Assembly (NCBI GenBank): GCA_030390025.1
Contig: CM059432.1
Span: 110,238,001 to 110,302,000 of the forward strand
Length of the DNA stretch: 64,000 nucleotides
Origin: Squalus acanthias
Lineage: Eukaryota
Reading direction: 5' to 3'
The position numbers and the translations under genes were made by a program. The notes below the pieces were generated by a model. The model did not search any database, was not told where the DNA came from, and saw only the letters and a program-made list of their open reading frames with translations. Each line of letters opens with the position of its first letter. The stretch's first letter is position 1. Shown one piece after another: positions 37,140 to 48,676 of this stretch.

Positions 37140-37490
37140 GTGAGTCGTGGAGCCATAAAGACCATGAACGACCTCGGTTTGATCCTCAGTTTGTGCCAAG
37201 TTAGCCAATCTCAGCCAGGGTGGTGGTAGGGACCTATAATTAGCTTCAGCGCCCCTGTTTTAGGGGAAAATCAGCCAGGGGTCCTCCTCCTGATCGCTAT
37301 TCAATGGCCTCTGCTGCAAGTGTGCACTTTAGATGAGTACAAGATCGTGTTTGGTTCCGATTCTCTACTTCTGTCAAATAATTTGTCAGCATAAAATCAA
37401 GGCTCACTCATGACTTACGAGCAATTGGCTGAGATACCAGAGGGACATTTGTGGAACCCTACCCCAGCAACTGGTCAATGCCTTCAAGAA
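37140..37490 (+). mobile_element. Possible old SINE-like repeat (related piece at about 60165-60240)
   Basis: B-box-like ggtttgatcc, and a shared (t/c)aatt(a/g)gc(t/c)tca(g/a)c(g/a)cccctg motif with 60202-60222. Confidence 0.35.
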
Positions 37491-37804
37491 AGGAGAAAAT
37501 TGACAGAGGATATAAAACCACACACTTCATCATCATATCAGCTGACTGCGGTGCAACTTATGTTAATCAGTATTTCTGTACACAAAGGTGAGAACATTTA
37601 ATACTAACCTGGGGGTAGATATTTGGGTCAGCAGCCTATCTGAAACCTGTAAAGATGTAATGAGATGGACAACCTCAGTAAGAATCACTGATCTGTGCTG
37701 TCATGGTGAGCAGAGGCAGGTTTCTCCCTCACAAAGTAGAGTCACCCTGGGCCTGTTCTTGTGCTCCTCCTAGCAGACAGTTTCACAGCAGCACTGGCAA
37801 AGGT

Positions 37805-37940
37805 CCCAGTGCAGGGTATGTGCGTGACATCTCTCCCAGCACACAGGCCCCAGTGCAGGGTATGTGCGTGACATCTCTCCCAGCACACAGGCCCCAGTGC
37901 AGGGTATGTGCGTGACATCTCTCCCAGCACACAGGCCCCA
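37805..37940 (+). repeat. Minisatellite, 3 identical 44-bp units
   Basis: cccagtgcagggtatgtgcgtgacatctctcccagcacacaggc x3. Confidence 0.95.
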
Positions 37941-38776
37941 TTCACATCTACAAAAGGCGAAAATGTAGAACAATGTCTTAAAAATGTTTTAAAACAAAAC
38001 AAAAAGAGCTCATAAAGTTCATCTAGTTTGGGCGAATGCATACCTGCCAATTAGAAATCAAAAGCTCTTCAACAGCTTCGAAAAACCTGGCAGCCCAAGA
38101 ATAGCCCAGAGCAACAACTTATACAAGAAAGCAATTTGTCGTGACTTTAAACTGTAGGAATACCTAATGTTCCTTCACCTGTTTGAGAAAAAAACCTCAA
38201 ATACACTAAAACCTTAAAGGGGCCTGGCACAGAATGGTGGTGGATCTCCAAGGGGATCCTGGATGGGTTTTGGTTAATTTTAAGCACTTTTACACTTCAA
38301 AATTCATGTTTTTAATCTTAATAAAAGCCAGCGGGAATAGTGTCAGGACCAGCTGGTGGGAGTGGGAATTGTGGCCGAGGTGGGGGGGGCAAGGACCCAA
38401 AGAAACGGTCCCCAGCATAAGCTAAGTGCTGGGGGGTGTGGTTGCTGAGTAGTCGGGAGAGGCAAGGCCGGGGCTGCGGAGGTCCAAGTAAACAAGTTTG
38501 GGCGAATGATTTTAAACTTACCATGGCCTCTTCGACCACTCCGTGACTACCGCCATGGTTCGCCCCCTGCGCAGGCCTCCTGATTGCTGAAGTTAAAATG
38601 TCATCGTGACGCTGATGATGTCATCAGGCCACAGCATTTAGATTTAAATTAAGCCTGCCGACATCAAAGCCAGTAAGATAAAATGGTCTCGGACCAGTAA
38701 ATGGACTCAGAGAATTTTAACCCTCCCACGCGCCATTGCGGGGTGGGCGGTTAAAATTGACTCCACAGTACCCATC

Positions 38777-38922
38777 CACTCCACACTCTTCCACATCACT
38801 CACACGACTCTCCTTCTCTTCACTCGCACTCTTCCACATCACTCACACGACTCTCCTTCCCTTCACTCCACACTCTTCCACATCACTCACACGACTCTCC
38901 TTCCCTTCACTCGCACTCTTCC
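38777..38922 (+). repeat. Pyrimidine-rich minisatellite, alternating 44/43-bp units
   Basis: cactc(cacac/gcac)tcttccacatcactcacacgactctccttc(t/c)ctt x3.3. Confidence 0.9.
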
Positions 38923-40912
38923 TTCTCCAACCCAGTTGAAGCTGGTGCTCATTTTTTTAAATCCCCATTCAAGTTGGACTCTTTTCAATCTCCCTTAGTT
39001 CAAACTGGCACTCGTCCTCCTCTCCAGTTCATGTCACTGGCCACAAAACAGTCCAAGCTTTCTGTCCTCCCATCAGTTCAAGCTGGCACTCTCCTCAGTC
39101 CCACCCCAAAAAGCCGTTCTCAGTTTCTGCTCTCTTGCCTTGCCCCGCCCCACCCCCCCAGCGCTGCTTCCAGCTTGTGCCGCTCCCTCTCCACTGCATT
39201 TCCCTCCATTTTCCCCTGCACTCTCTCCTTCACTGCTCTTCACTTCCCCCACCTTTATCTTTATTATCCTCCAATTCCCCCTACCATGTCTCCTTCACTG
39301 CCATCTATTTCACTTTCCGTTCCCTCCTTGCCAGAAGTATATTATAATTATAGACTGGAACAACTATTTTCACAAGAATTGCTGCCTAGAGTATGCAGTG
39401 GGTGAAGTCATTTTCATTAGCAACATGATTCTCACAGTAGTGGCAATGAGGAAAGAGGGGCCTGATTTACACGTGGGCCAGACTCCAAAACACTGACCAC
39501 CAATGTTAAATGCTGACATTTGGCATGTATGCAAGTGGTTCACATAACTCAACCAGTCATGGCTATTGCAAATATAAATATCTCCAAGAGCATGACTCGA
39601 GATTATATGGATGTATACAGATGACCAAATACTCTGAGGGACACGATGGTTCAATGGTTGCTGGCGTCCTGACTGAGTCGTCTGTGGAATGCACCTGGTC
39701 AGATAAAGTTACAATAACATTCTGCAGTTTTGCTCCATTACTCTTGGGGATCAGGATGAGATTTTCAGAGACCTTAATATCCTTAGAAGTCTATCTGTGG
39801 TTTGTTGACTCCCTCAGATGATTGAGTGGGTTGGATAGGATCTATGACAGGACACATTTTTGGTGGCCTGCAGAGGTAATGGGCTTGATAGGTCGAGTAA
39901 ACTTTTCTTGTTCCGTACCTGATGTTCTTAAAGACTTAAAGTTAAGTTTCTGGCTAAGCAGCATGTTGGGTTGTAAGGGGCTGTTGATACAACCATCAAC
40001 CAGCCAGATCCTGACTCTTATTACACAAGCCAAACAACTTGATTTTGGGTTATCCAGAGAAAGACATCCTATAAGATCCCAAGTAGCCCCATTGTGTACA
40101 ATGGACAGAATTTCACTGAATTTATAGAAAGGATGTTCCTGCTGTATTTTTCCACACAAACACATTTTTAGTTTGCCTTGACAATCTTCTTTTCCTCTTC
40201 TCTCCTGAAAGCACTGACTCCTGGTCCCTAGTCCAAGTGGTTATCCCTCATGGATGAGCACAGATAGTATGCTACTGGGTCTTGGGGGAGGGCAGATCAG
40301 AGACTGCTCATTTGCACAGAATGCAGTGATAGATTCTGAATCATGTCATTACTAAATGCTCAAAATTAAGATCAGTGCTGGGTAATAGAATACATTGCAG
40401 TATTAGTAGCAGTAATTGTCTATTCCCACATTAGGAATAGCTCAATGCTTAGTGGAAGTACCTCAACTCTTTCTAAATCTTGGAATAATAATTAACACAG
40501 AATGGCACAAAAAAAGACTATTTTTTAAAAAATGTTGCATCTTCTAATAATTTCCACCCCACTCCTCCATATTGGTTTATGATTCCACCATCACGTGTTG
40601 GCTTCTTGCTCAAATGGCCACTCCTCATGTAGGAATCTAAACATCGAGGCTAGGAAGGCTGCTCAACCGTGAGAGACATCACAGTTAAGTCCTCACTCAA
40701 ACTGCACTCATGCTCATTTTAGAATGCTGGTTAACTGAATCATCATCAGAAGCAAGAATCCGGATTGATATTTTTTGATTCCACAGCCCACTGGAGAACA
40801 ACTCTGAGTAATAAAATTATGGGCAATATTGCACAGCGCATTTGTCTAATGAGCCACCGAGGAAGTACTAAAAGTCAGACAGATTAAACAAGAGTTAGAA
40901 GTTAATGGTTAC

Positions 40913-41065
40913 CTTGCCATCAGTTATGTATCTGCAAGTAATTTTGAGAAATTTCTCAGTGAAGGCCTCCTCTTCCTCGGAGGTGGACGATACCACTCTT
41001 GCAGGCCGAATGCAGCTGTGCGCTGGTGAGGAGGTTGAATCTTCGTGGTGAACACTGTCCACATC
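40913..41065 (-). CDS. OXR1: OXR1 (oxidation resistance protein 1) internal coding exon, 153 nt, phase 0/0
   Basis: Acceptor ttcag| and donor |gtaacc. Translates DVDSVHHEDSTSSPAHSCIRPARVVSSTSEEEEAFTEKFLKITCRYITDGK, matching the OXR1 motif IRPARVVSSTSEEEEAFTEKFLKI.C.YIT.GK. Confidence 0.95.
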
Positions 41066-41402
41066 CTGAAATCAGACAAGTTTCATTCAGTAACATCTAA
41101 TCTCCAGATATACAATATGCAAACCTAATTTTATACTAACCAGAGAATCGAACTGGACTTGAGGTGACACCAAGAGGTTAGAAGTGGAAAGGAAAGTTAC
41201 ATTGACGGAGAATCTGATCATAAATATCTGATTCTTCAAATACATTTTTTTTAAATTTCCTTCCAATTTGGGGTCTGATCTGACTAACACTGGCCTTGCT
41301 AGCATCTTGCCCATAGGCTAGGGGAGCAGAGGGGGAAGGGATGGGAGGGGGAAAAAGTAAGAAATTCCAGTATGTGTTACATATGATGCTCCATTATATT
41401 AA

Positions 41403-43228
41403 ATAGAAGCATAGAAGATAGGAGCAGGAGTAGGCCATTAGGCCCCTCGAGCCTGCTCCGCCATTTAATGAGATCATGGCTGATCATCCAAATTCAGTAC
41501 CCTGTCCCTGCTTTCTCCCCATATCCCTTGATCCCTTTAGCCTTAAGAAATATATCTATCTCCTTCTTGAATATATTTAATGAATTGCCCTCAACTGCCT
41601 TCTGTGGTAGAGAATTCCACAGGTTCACCACTCTCTGGGTGAAGAAATCCCTCCTCATCTCTGTCCTAAATGGCTTACCCCTTATCCTTAGACTGTGACC
41701 CCTGGTTCTGGACTCCCCCGCCATCGGGAACATCCTTCCTGCATCTAGTCTGTCTAGTCCTGTTAGAATTTTATAAGTTTCAATGAGATCTCCTCTCATT
41801 CTTCGAAACTCTAGCGAATATAAGCCTAATCGACCCAATCTCTCTTCATACGTCTTTCCTGCCATCCCAGGTATCAGTCTGGTAAATCTTCGCTGCACTC
41901 CCTCCATGGCAAGAACATCATTCCTCAGATAAGGTGAACAAAACTGCATACAATACTCAAGGTGTGGTCTCACCAAGGCCTTGTACAACTGCAGCAAGAC
42001 ATCCTTGCTCCTGTACTCAAATCCTCTCGCTACGGAGGCCAACATACCATTTGCCTTCTTAACCGCCTGCTGCACCTGCATGCTTACCTTCAGTGACTGG
42101 TGCACAAGGACTCCCAGATCTCGTTGCACTGCCCCTTTTCCCAATCTATTGCCGTTCAGATAATAATCTGTCTTCCTGTTCTTGCCACCAAAGTGGATAA
42201 CCTCGCATTTATCCACATTATACTGCTCTGCCAGGCATCTGCCCAATCACCCAACCTGTCCAAATCATACTGGAGTTTCTCTGCATCCTCCTCACAGCAC
42301 ACATGCCCACCCAGCTTTGTGTCGTCTGCAAACTTAGAGATATTACATCTAGTTCCCTCGTCTAGATCATTAATATATATTGTGAATAGCTGGGGTCCTA
42401 GCACCGATCCCTGCGGTACCCCACTAGTCACTGCCTGCCACTCGGAAAAAGACCTGTTTATTCCAACTCTTTGCTTCCTGTCTGCCAACCAGTTCTCTAT
42501 CCAAATCAGTACCTTACCCCCAATCCCGTGTGCTTTAACTTTGCACGCTAATCTCTTATGCGGGACCTTATCGAAAGCCTTCTGAAAGTCCAAATACACC
42601 ACATCCACTGGTTCTCCCTTATCTATTCTACCAGTTACATCCTCAAAAAATTCCAGTGGATTAGTCAGGCATGATTTACCTTTTGTAAATCCATGTTGAC
42701 TTTGTCCGATCCTGTCACTGTTTTCCAAGGGCTCTGTTATTACATCTTTTCGAATGGACTCTAGCATTTTCCCCACTACCGATGTCAGGCTATCATTCCC
42801 CGTTTTTTCTCCACCACCTTTTATAAATAGTGGGATTAAATTAGCTACCCTCCAATCCATGGGAACTGTTCCAGAGTCTACAGAATTTTCAAAGATGACC
42901 AGCAATGCATCTACTATTTCTAGGGCCACTTCCTTAAGTGCCCTAGGATGTAGATTATCAGGCCCTGGGGATTTATCGGCCTTCAATCCCGTCAATTTCC
43001 CTAACACCATTTCCCGACAAATACTGATTTCATTCAATTCCTCCCTCTCATTAGAACCTATGTTCCCCGACATCTCTGGGAGTTTATTTGTGTCCTCCTT
43101 TGTGAAGACATAACCAAAGTATGTATTTAATTGGTCTGCCATTTCTTTGTTCCCCATTACAAATCTCCCTGATTCTGACTGCAAGGGACCTACGCTTGAC
43201 TTCACCAATCTTTTTCTCTTCACATATC
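41403..43228 (-). mobile_element. 5'-truncated CR1 (RT to 3' end)
   Basis: ORFs 42156..43223 and 41494..42246, joined by a frameshift. Confidence 0.93.
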
Positions 43229-43229
43229 T

Positions 43230-46200
43230 GGTTGAAAATGTTGTGCAGGGTACACTGGAATTTCTGATATGCGCTCTCAGTAAGTGAGGTTCCCCTCTAG
43301 GAGTGCAAAGTTTATGATCCTTTGTATGTTTTAATATTCTTTAATTTAAAGGGAGTAAATTAAGGGTAGGACATGGCAGGGCAGCTCGGCAGCGTGGGGT
43401 GCTCCTCCTGTGCTATGTTGGAAGTCAGGGACACTTTAGGTGTCCAGGGCGAACACATGTGCAGGAAGTGTCTCCAGCTGCAGCTACTCGAAATCCGCGT
43501 TTCAGAGCTGGAGCTGTGGCTGGAGTCACTGTGGAGCATCCGCGAAGCTGAGATCTTCGTGGATAGCACGTTTAACAAGGTGGTCACACTGTAGGTAAAG
43601 AGTGCACAGGCAGACCGCGAATGGGTGACCACCAGACAGAGTAAAAGAACTAGGAAGGTAGTGCAGAAGTCCCCATGGTCAATCTCCCTCTCCGACAGAT
43701 TTTCCGTTTTGGATACTGATGGGGGAGATGGTTTCTCTGGGGAATGCAGCAAGAGCCAAGTCTGTGGCACTACGAGTGGCTCAGCTGCACAGGAGGGGAG
43801 GAAAAAGAGTGAGAGAGCAATAGTGATAGGGGATTCTATCGTAAGGGGAACAGATAGACGTTTCTGTGGCAGCAGACGTGACTCCAGGATGGTATGTTGC
43901 CTCCCTGGTGCCAGGGTCAAGGATGTCACTGAACGGCTGCAGGGCATTCTGAAGGGGGAGAGCGAACTGTCAGAGGTCATGGTTCACATTGGTACCAACG
44001 ACATGGGTAGAAAGAGGAATGAGGTCCTGCAACAAGAATTTAGGGAGCTAGGCAACAGATTAAAAAGCAGGACCTCAAAGGTTGTAATCTCTGGATTACT
44101 CCCGGTCCCACGTGCTAGTGAGTATAGGAATAGGAGGATAGAGCAGATGAATGCGTGGCTAAAGAGTTGGTGCAGGAGGGAGGGCTTTAGTTTCCTGGAT
44201 CACTGGGTCTGCTTCTGGGGAAGGTGGGACCTGTACAAGTCGGACGGGTTGCACCTGAACCAGAACGGGACCAACATCCTTGCGGGGAGGTTTGCTAGTA
44301 CTGTTGGGGGGGGTTTAAACTAACTTGGTAGGGGGATGGGATACCGAGTGGAGCTATAGTAGGGGGTGATGCACAGCCAAATAGAGGAAAAAACAAGTCA
44401 GCCTGGAAGGCAGAGCAAATATGTAACAGCACAAGGGAGTATGGCAAGGCTGGATGGCATTTATTTTAATGCAAGGAGTCTTGCGAGTAAGGCAGATGAA
44501 TTGAAGGTGTTGATGAACAAATGGGAGTATGATATTGTTGCTATCACAGAGACATGGTTGAGGGAGGGGCAGGACTGGCAGCTCAATATTCCGGGGTATA
44601 GAATCTTCAGGCGAGACAGAGGTGGGTGTAAAAGAGGAGGGGGTGTCGCAATATTAATCAAGGAGTCAATTACTGCTGTAAGGAGGGATGATATCTTAGC
44701 AGGTTCCTCTAATGAGGCCATATGGGTAGAACTTAAAAACAAAAAGGGGGCAAGCACTTTGCGGTGAGTGTACTATAGGCCCCCAGTCAGGGGGAGATAG
44801 AGGAACAGATATGTAGGCAAATCTCAGAGAAGTGCAGAAATAATAGGGTAATAATAGTACGGGATTTCAACTTCCCCAATATTAACTGGGATAGTCAGAG
44901 TGTGAAAGGCTTAGAGGGTGCGGAATTCTTAAAGTGCATCCAGGAGAGCTTTTTCAGCCAGCATGTAGAAAGTCCTACAAGAGAGGGGGCGGTACTGGAC
45001 CTAATTCTAGGGAATGTAGCTGGGCAAGTGGTAGAAGTGTTAGTAGGAGAGCATTTTGGTGACAGTGACCATAATTCGGTAAGATTTAAGGTAGTCATGG
45101 AAAAGGACAAAGATGGACCGGAGATAAAGGCTCTAAATTGGGGGAAGGCCGATTTTAATATGATAAGGCAGGATCTGGCCAAAGTGGATTGGGATCAGCT
45201 ACTTGTAGGAAAATCCACATCAGAGCAGTGGCAGTCTTTCAGAAAGGCAAACATGTTCCCGTAAAGGTCAAGGGTGGGACCAACAAGCCCAGGGAACCCT
45301 GGTGTCAAGGGATATACGAGAATGGATTAGGAAAAAAAGGGAGGCTTTTGGCAGATACAAAGGACTAAAAACAGTGGAAGCCCTAGAGTAGTATAGAAAG
45401 TGCAGGGGGGTACTAAAAGAAATTAGGAGAGCGAAGAGGGAGCATGAAATAACACTGGCGGGCAAAATAAAGGAAAATCCCAAGGTGTTTTAGAAGTATA
45501 TTAAGGGCAAGAGGATAACCAGGGAAAGAGTAGGGCCCATTAGGGACCAAAGTGGCAATCTGTGTGTCGAGCCAGAAGATGTAGGTGGGGTTTTAAATGA
45601 ATATTTTGCATCTGTGTTCACTATGGAGAAGGACGATGTAGGCATAGAAATCAGGCAGGGGGATTGTGATATACTTGAACAAATTAGTATTGAGAGGGAG
45701 GAGGTACTAGCAGTTTTAGCGGGCTTAAAAGTGGATAAATCCCCAGGCCCAGACGAGATGTATCCCAGGCTGCTGTGTGAGGCAAGGGAGGAGATTGCAG
45801 GGGCTCTGACACAAATTTTCAGAACCTCTCTGGCCACAGGGAGGTGCCAGAGGACTGGAGAACAGCTAACGTAGTACCATTATTCAAGAAGGGTAGTAGG
45901 GATAAACCAGGGAATTACAGGCCAGTGAGCCCAACATCAGTGGTAGGGAAATTATTGGAAAAAATTCTGAGGGACAGAATTAGTCTCCACTTGGAGAGGC
46001 AAGGATTAATCAAGGATAGTCAGCATGGCTTTGTCAGGGGGAGATCATGTCTGACCAATTTGATTGAATTTTGAGGGGGTGACTAGGTGTGTGGATGAGG
46101 GTAGTGTAGTTGATGCGGTCTACATGAACTTCAGTAAGGCTTCTGACAAAGTCCCGCATGGGAGACTGGTCAAGAAGATAAAAGCCCATGGGATCCAGGG

Positions 46201-47262
46201 CAACTTGGCACATTGGATCCAAAATTGGCTTAGTGGCAGGAGGCAGAGGGTGATGGTCGAAGGTTGTTTTTGTGACTGGAAGCCTGTGTCCAGCGGTGTA
46301 CCACAGGGATCGGTGCTGGGTCCTTTGCTGTTTGTAGTGTACATTAATGATTTAGATATGAATGTAGGAGGTATGATCAGTAAGTTCGCAGATGACACGA
46401 AAATTGGTGGGGTGGTAAATAGCGAGGAGGGAAGCCTCAGGCTACAGGACAATATAGACGGGTTGGTCAGATGGGCAGAACAGTGGCAAATGGAATTTAA
46501 CCCTGAAAAGTGTGAGGCAATGCATTTTCGGAGGACTAACAAGGCAAGGGAATACACAATGAATGGTAGGACCCTAGGAAGGACAGAGGATCAGAGGGAC
46601 CTTGGTGTGCAAGTACATAGATCCCTGAAGGCAGCAGGACAGGTAGATACTTGCCTTCATTAACCGAGGCACAGAATATAAGAGCAGGGAGGTTATGATG
46701 GAGCTTAGGCCACAGCTGGAATACTGTGTGCAATTCTGGTCATCACACTATAGGAAGGACGTGATTGCATTGGAGAGGGTGCAGAGGAGATTCACCAGGA
46801 TGTTACCTTGGCTGAAGCGCTTCAGCTATGAAGAGAGACTGGACAGGCTGGGGTTGTTTTCCTTAGAGCAGAGAAGGCTGAGAGGGGACCTGATTGAGGT
46901 GTACAAAATTATGAGGGGCATAGATAGGGTAGATAGAAAGGAACTTTTCCCCTTAGTAGAGGGGTCAATAACCAGGGGGCAAGTTTTAAGGTAAGGGGCG
47001 GGAGGTTTCGAGGGGATTTGAGGAAAAACTTTTGCACCCAGAGGGTGGTTGGTGTCTGGAACTCACTGCCTGAAAGGGTGGTAGAGGCAGGAACCCTCAC
47101 AACATTCAAGAAGCATTTAGATGAGCACTTGAAACGCCATAGCATACAAGGCTACGGACCAAGTGCTGGAAAATAGGATTAGAATAGATAGGGCTTGATG
47201 GCCGGTGCGGACACGATGGGCCGAAGGGCCTCTTTCTGTGCGGTATAACTCTATGACTCTAT
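43230..47262 (+). mobile_element. Full-length but decayed CR1 LINE (5' UTR, ORF1, ORF2 EN+RT, 3' tail ctatgactctat)
   Basis: ORF1 from 43373, EN motifs FNARS/ITETWL/SDHN, RT motifs QHGF/FADD. Multiple stops and frameshifts. Confidence 0.92.
43373..44323 (+). pseudogene. CR1 ORF1p: Cys-x2-Cys zinc finger/coiled coil plus SGNH-type esterase domain; one internal stop
   Basis: CSSC...CRKC-LQLQLLEIRVSELE, then GDSIVRG, HIGTND and DGLHLN. TAG at 43592-43594. Confidence 0.88.
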
Positions 47263-47691
47263 CTCAAAGCCAATCAGATAGAGCGTTAAAAATGAAACCG
47301 TGTGCTACCTGCTACTTCACAATATAGACTAAGGGTCAAGCACGTACTGTAATCCTCAAAAGTGAATGTTATTATTCTGCGCTGTTAAAAAAAACCCAGT
47401 TAACGCTAGATTGTTGTAATTCTGAATCTAATGTATCGTTATTTCTTATGAACCACTGACAATGGTGCGTTATCCTCGACGACGTAGAGGTGATAAAATA
47501 AAGTCGTTGTGAATAATGCATCAAATTCTGTCCATTTGGTTCTTTATCTCTTTGGGCTGAGGCAAAACTCAAATGGTGTTTGCGGAGTGCTCCTGGTGTA
47601 AAGTCCCACCTCTATTTGGATGTGTTCCGGAGGCTGCATCAGTAATCAGTCATTTCCGGGTACTTGCCAGTTCAGGACTGGTTATAAACAG

Positions 47692-48470
47692 GAATAAGAA
47701 CATAAGAAATAGGAGCAGGAGTAGGCCATTCAGCCCTTCAAGCCTGCTCCGCCATTCAATGAGATCATGGCTGATCTTCTGCCTCAACTCCATTCACCGG
47801 CCCTATCGCCATATCCCTTGATGCCCTTACTAGTCAGAAATCTATCGACTTCTGTTTTGAATATACCCAATGACTGAGCCTCCATATCCCTCTGGGGTAG
47901 AGAATTCCAAAGATTCACCACCCTCTGTGTGAAGACATTTCTTCTCATCTTAGTCCTGAATGGCCTACCCTTTATCCTGAGGCTGTGGCCCCTGGTTCTA
48001 GACTCCCCAGCCAAGGGAAACATTCTCCCAGCATCCACCCTATCAAGCCCTGTAATCATTTTGTATGCTTCAATGAGATCCCCTCTCATTCTTCTGAATT
48101 CAAGAGAATACAGGCCTAGTTTACTCAATCTCTTCTCATACGACAGTCCCGCCATCCCAGGAATCAATCTCGTGAACCTTCGTTGCACTCCCTCTATGGC
48201 AAGTATATCCTTCCTTAGGTAAGGAGACCAAAATTGTACACAGTACTCCAGGTGTGGTCTCACCAAGGCCCTATATAATTGGAGTAAGACTTCTTCACTC
48301 CTGTACTCAAATCCTCTTGTAATGAAGGCCAGCATACTATTTGCCTTCCTAATGGCTTGCTGCACCTGCACATTCACTTTCAGTGACTCATGTACAAGGA
48401 CAACCAGGTCCCTTTGAGCATCTGCATTCCCCAATCTTTCACCATTTAGGAATTACTCTGCCTTTGTTTT
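47692..48470 (-). mobile_element. CR1 3' fragment
   Basis: ORF 47784..48434 plus tail. Confidence 0.9.
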
Positions 48471-48676
48471 TTATTCCTTCCTCATTGGTAATTACCAACC
48501 AAGGGCATAACTAGAGATATACTTTATAATCTGCTGTGATGGGGAAAATGAGCAACAGCTAATCCAGCTCCAGACACAGTGACATACAATGAGAGTGCAA
48601 TACCTGAGCTCACAATCTCACGGCTATGGATGATGCAGAGTTCCACAGTGCAGAACGGCAAAGAAAAGTCCCTAGC

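Noticed and set aside
2638..41065. NCOA7 instead of OXR1
   Set aside because: Residues such as EEEEAFTEKFLKI, VSGVLLVT, YGIMCP and SAAMY match OXR1 rather than the paralog as I recall it.
42100..43113. Long antisense ORFs over CR1 RT regions (repeated in many copies)
   Set aside because: They are shadow frames of LINE ORF2 with no independent evidence of coding.
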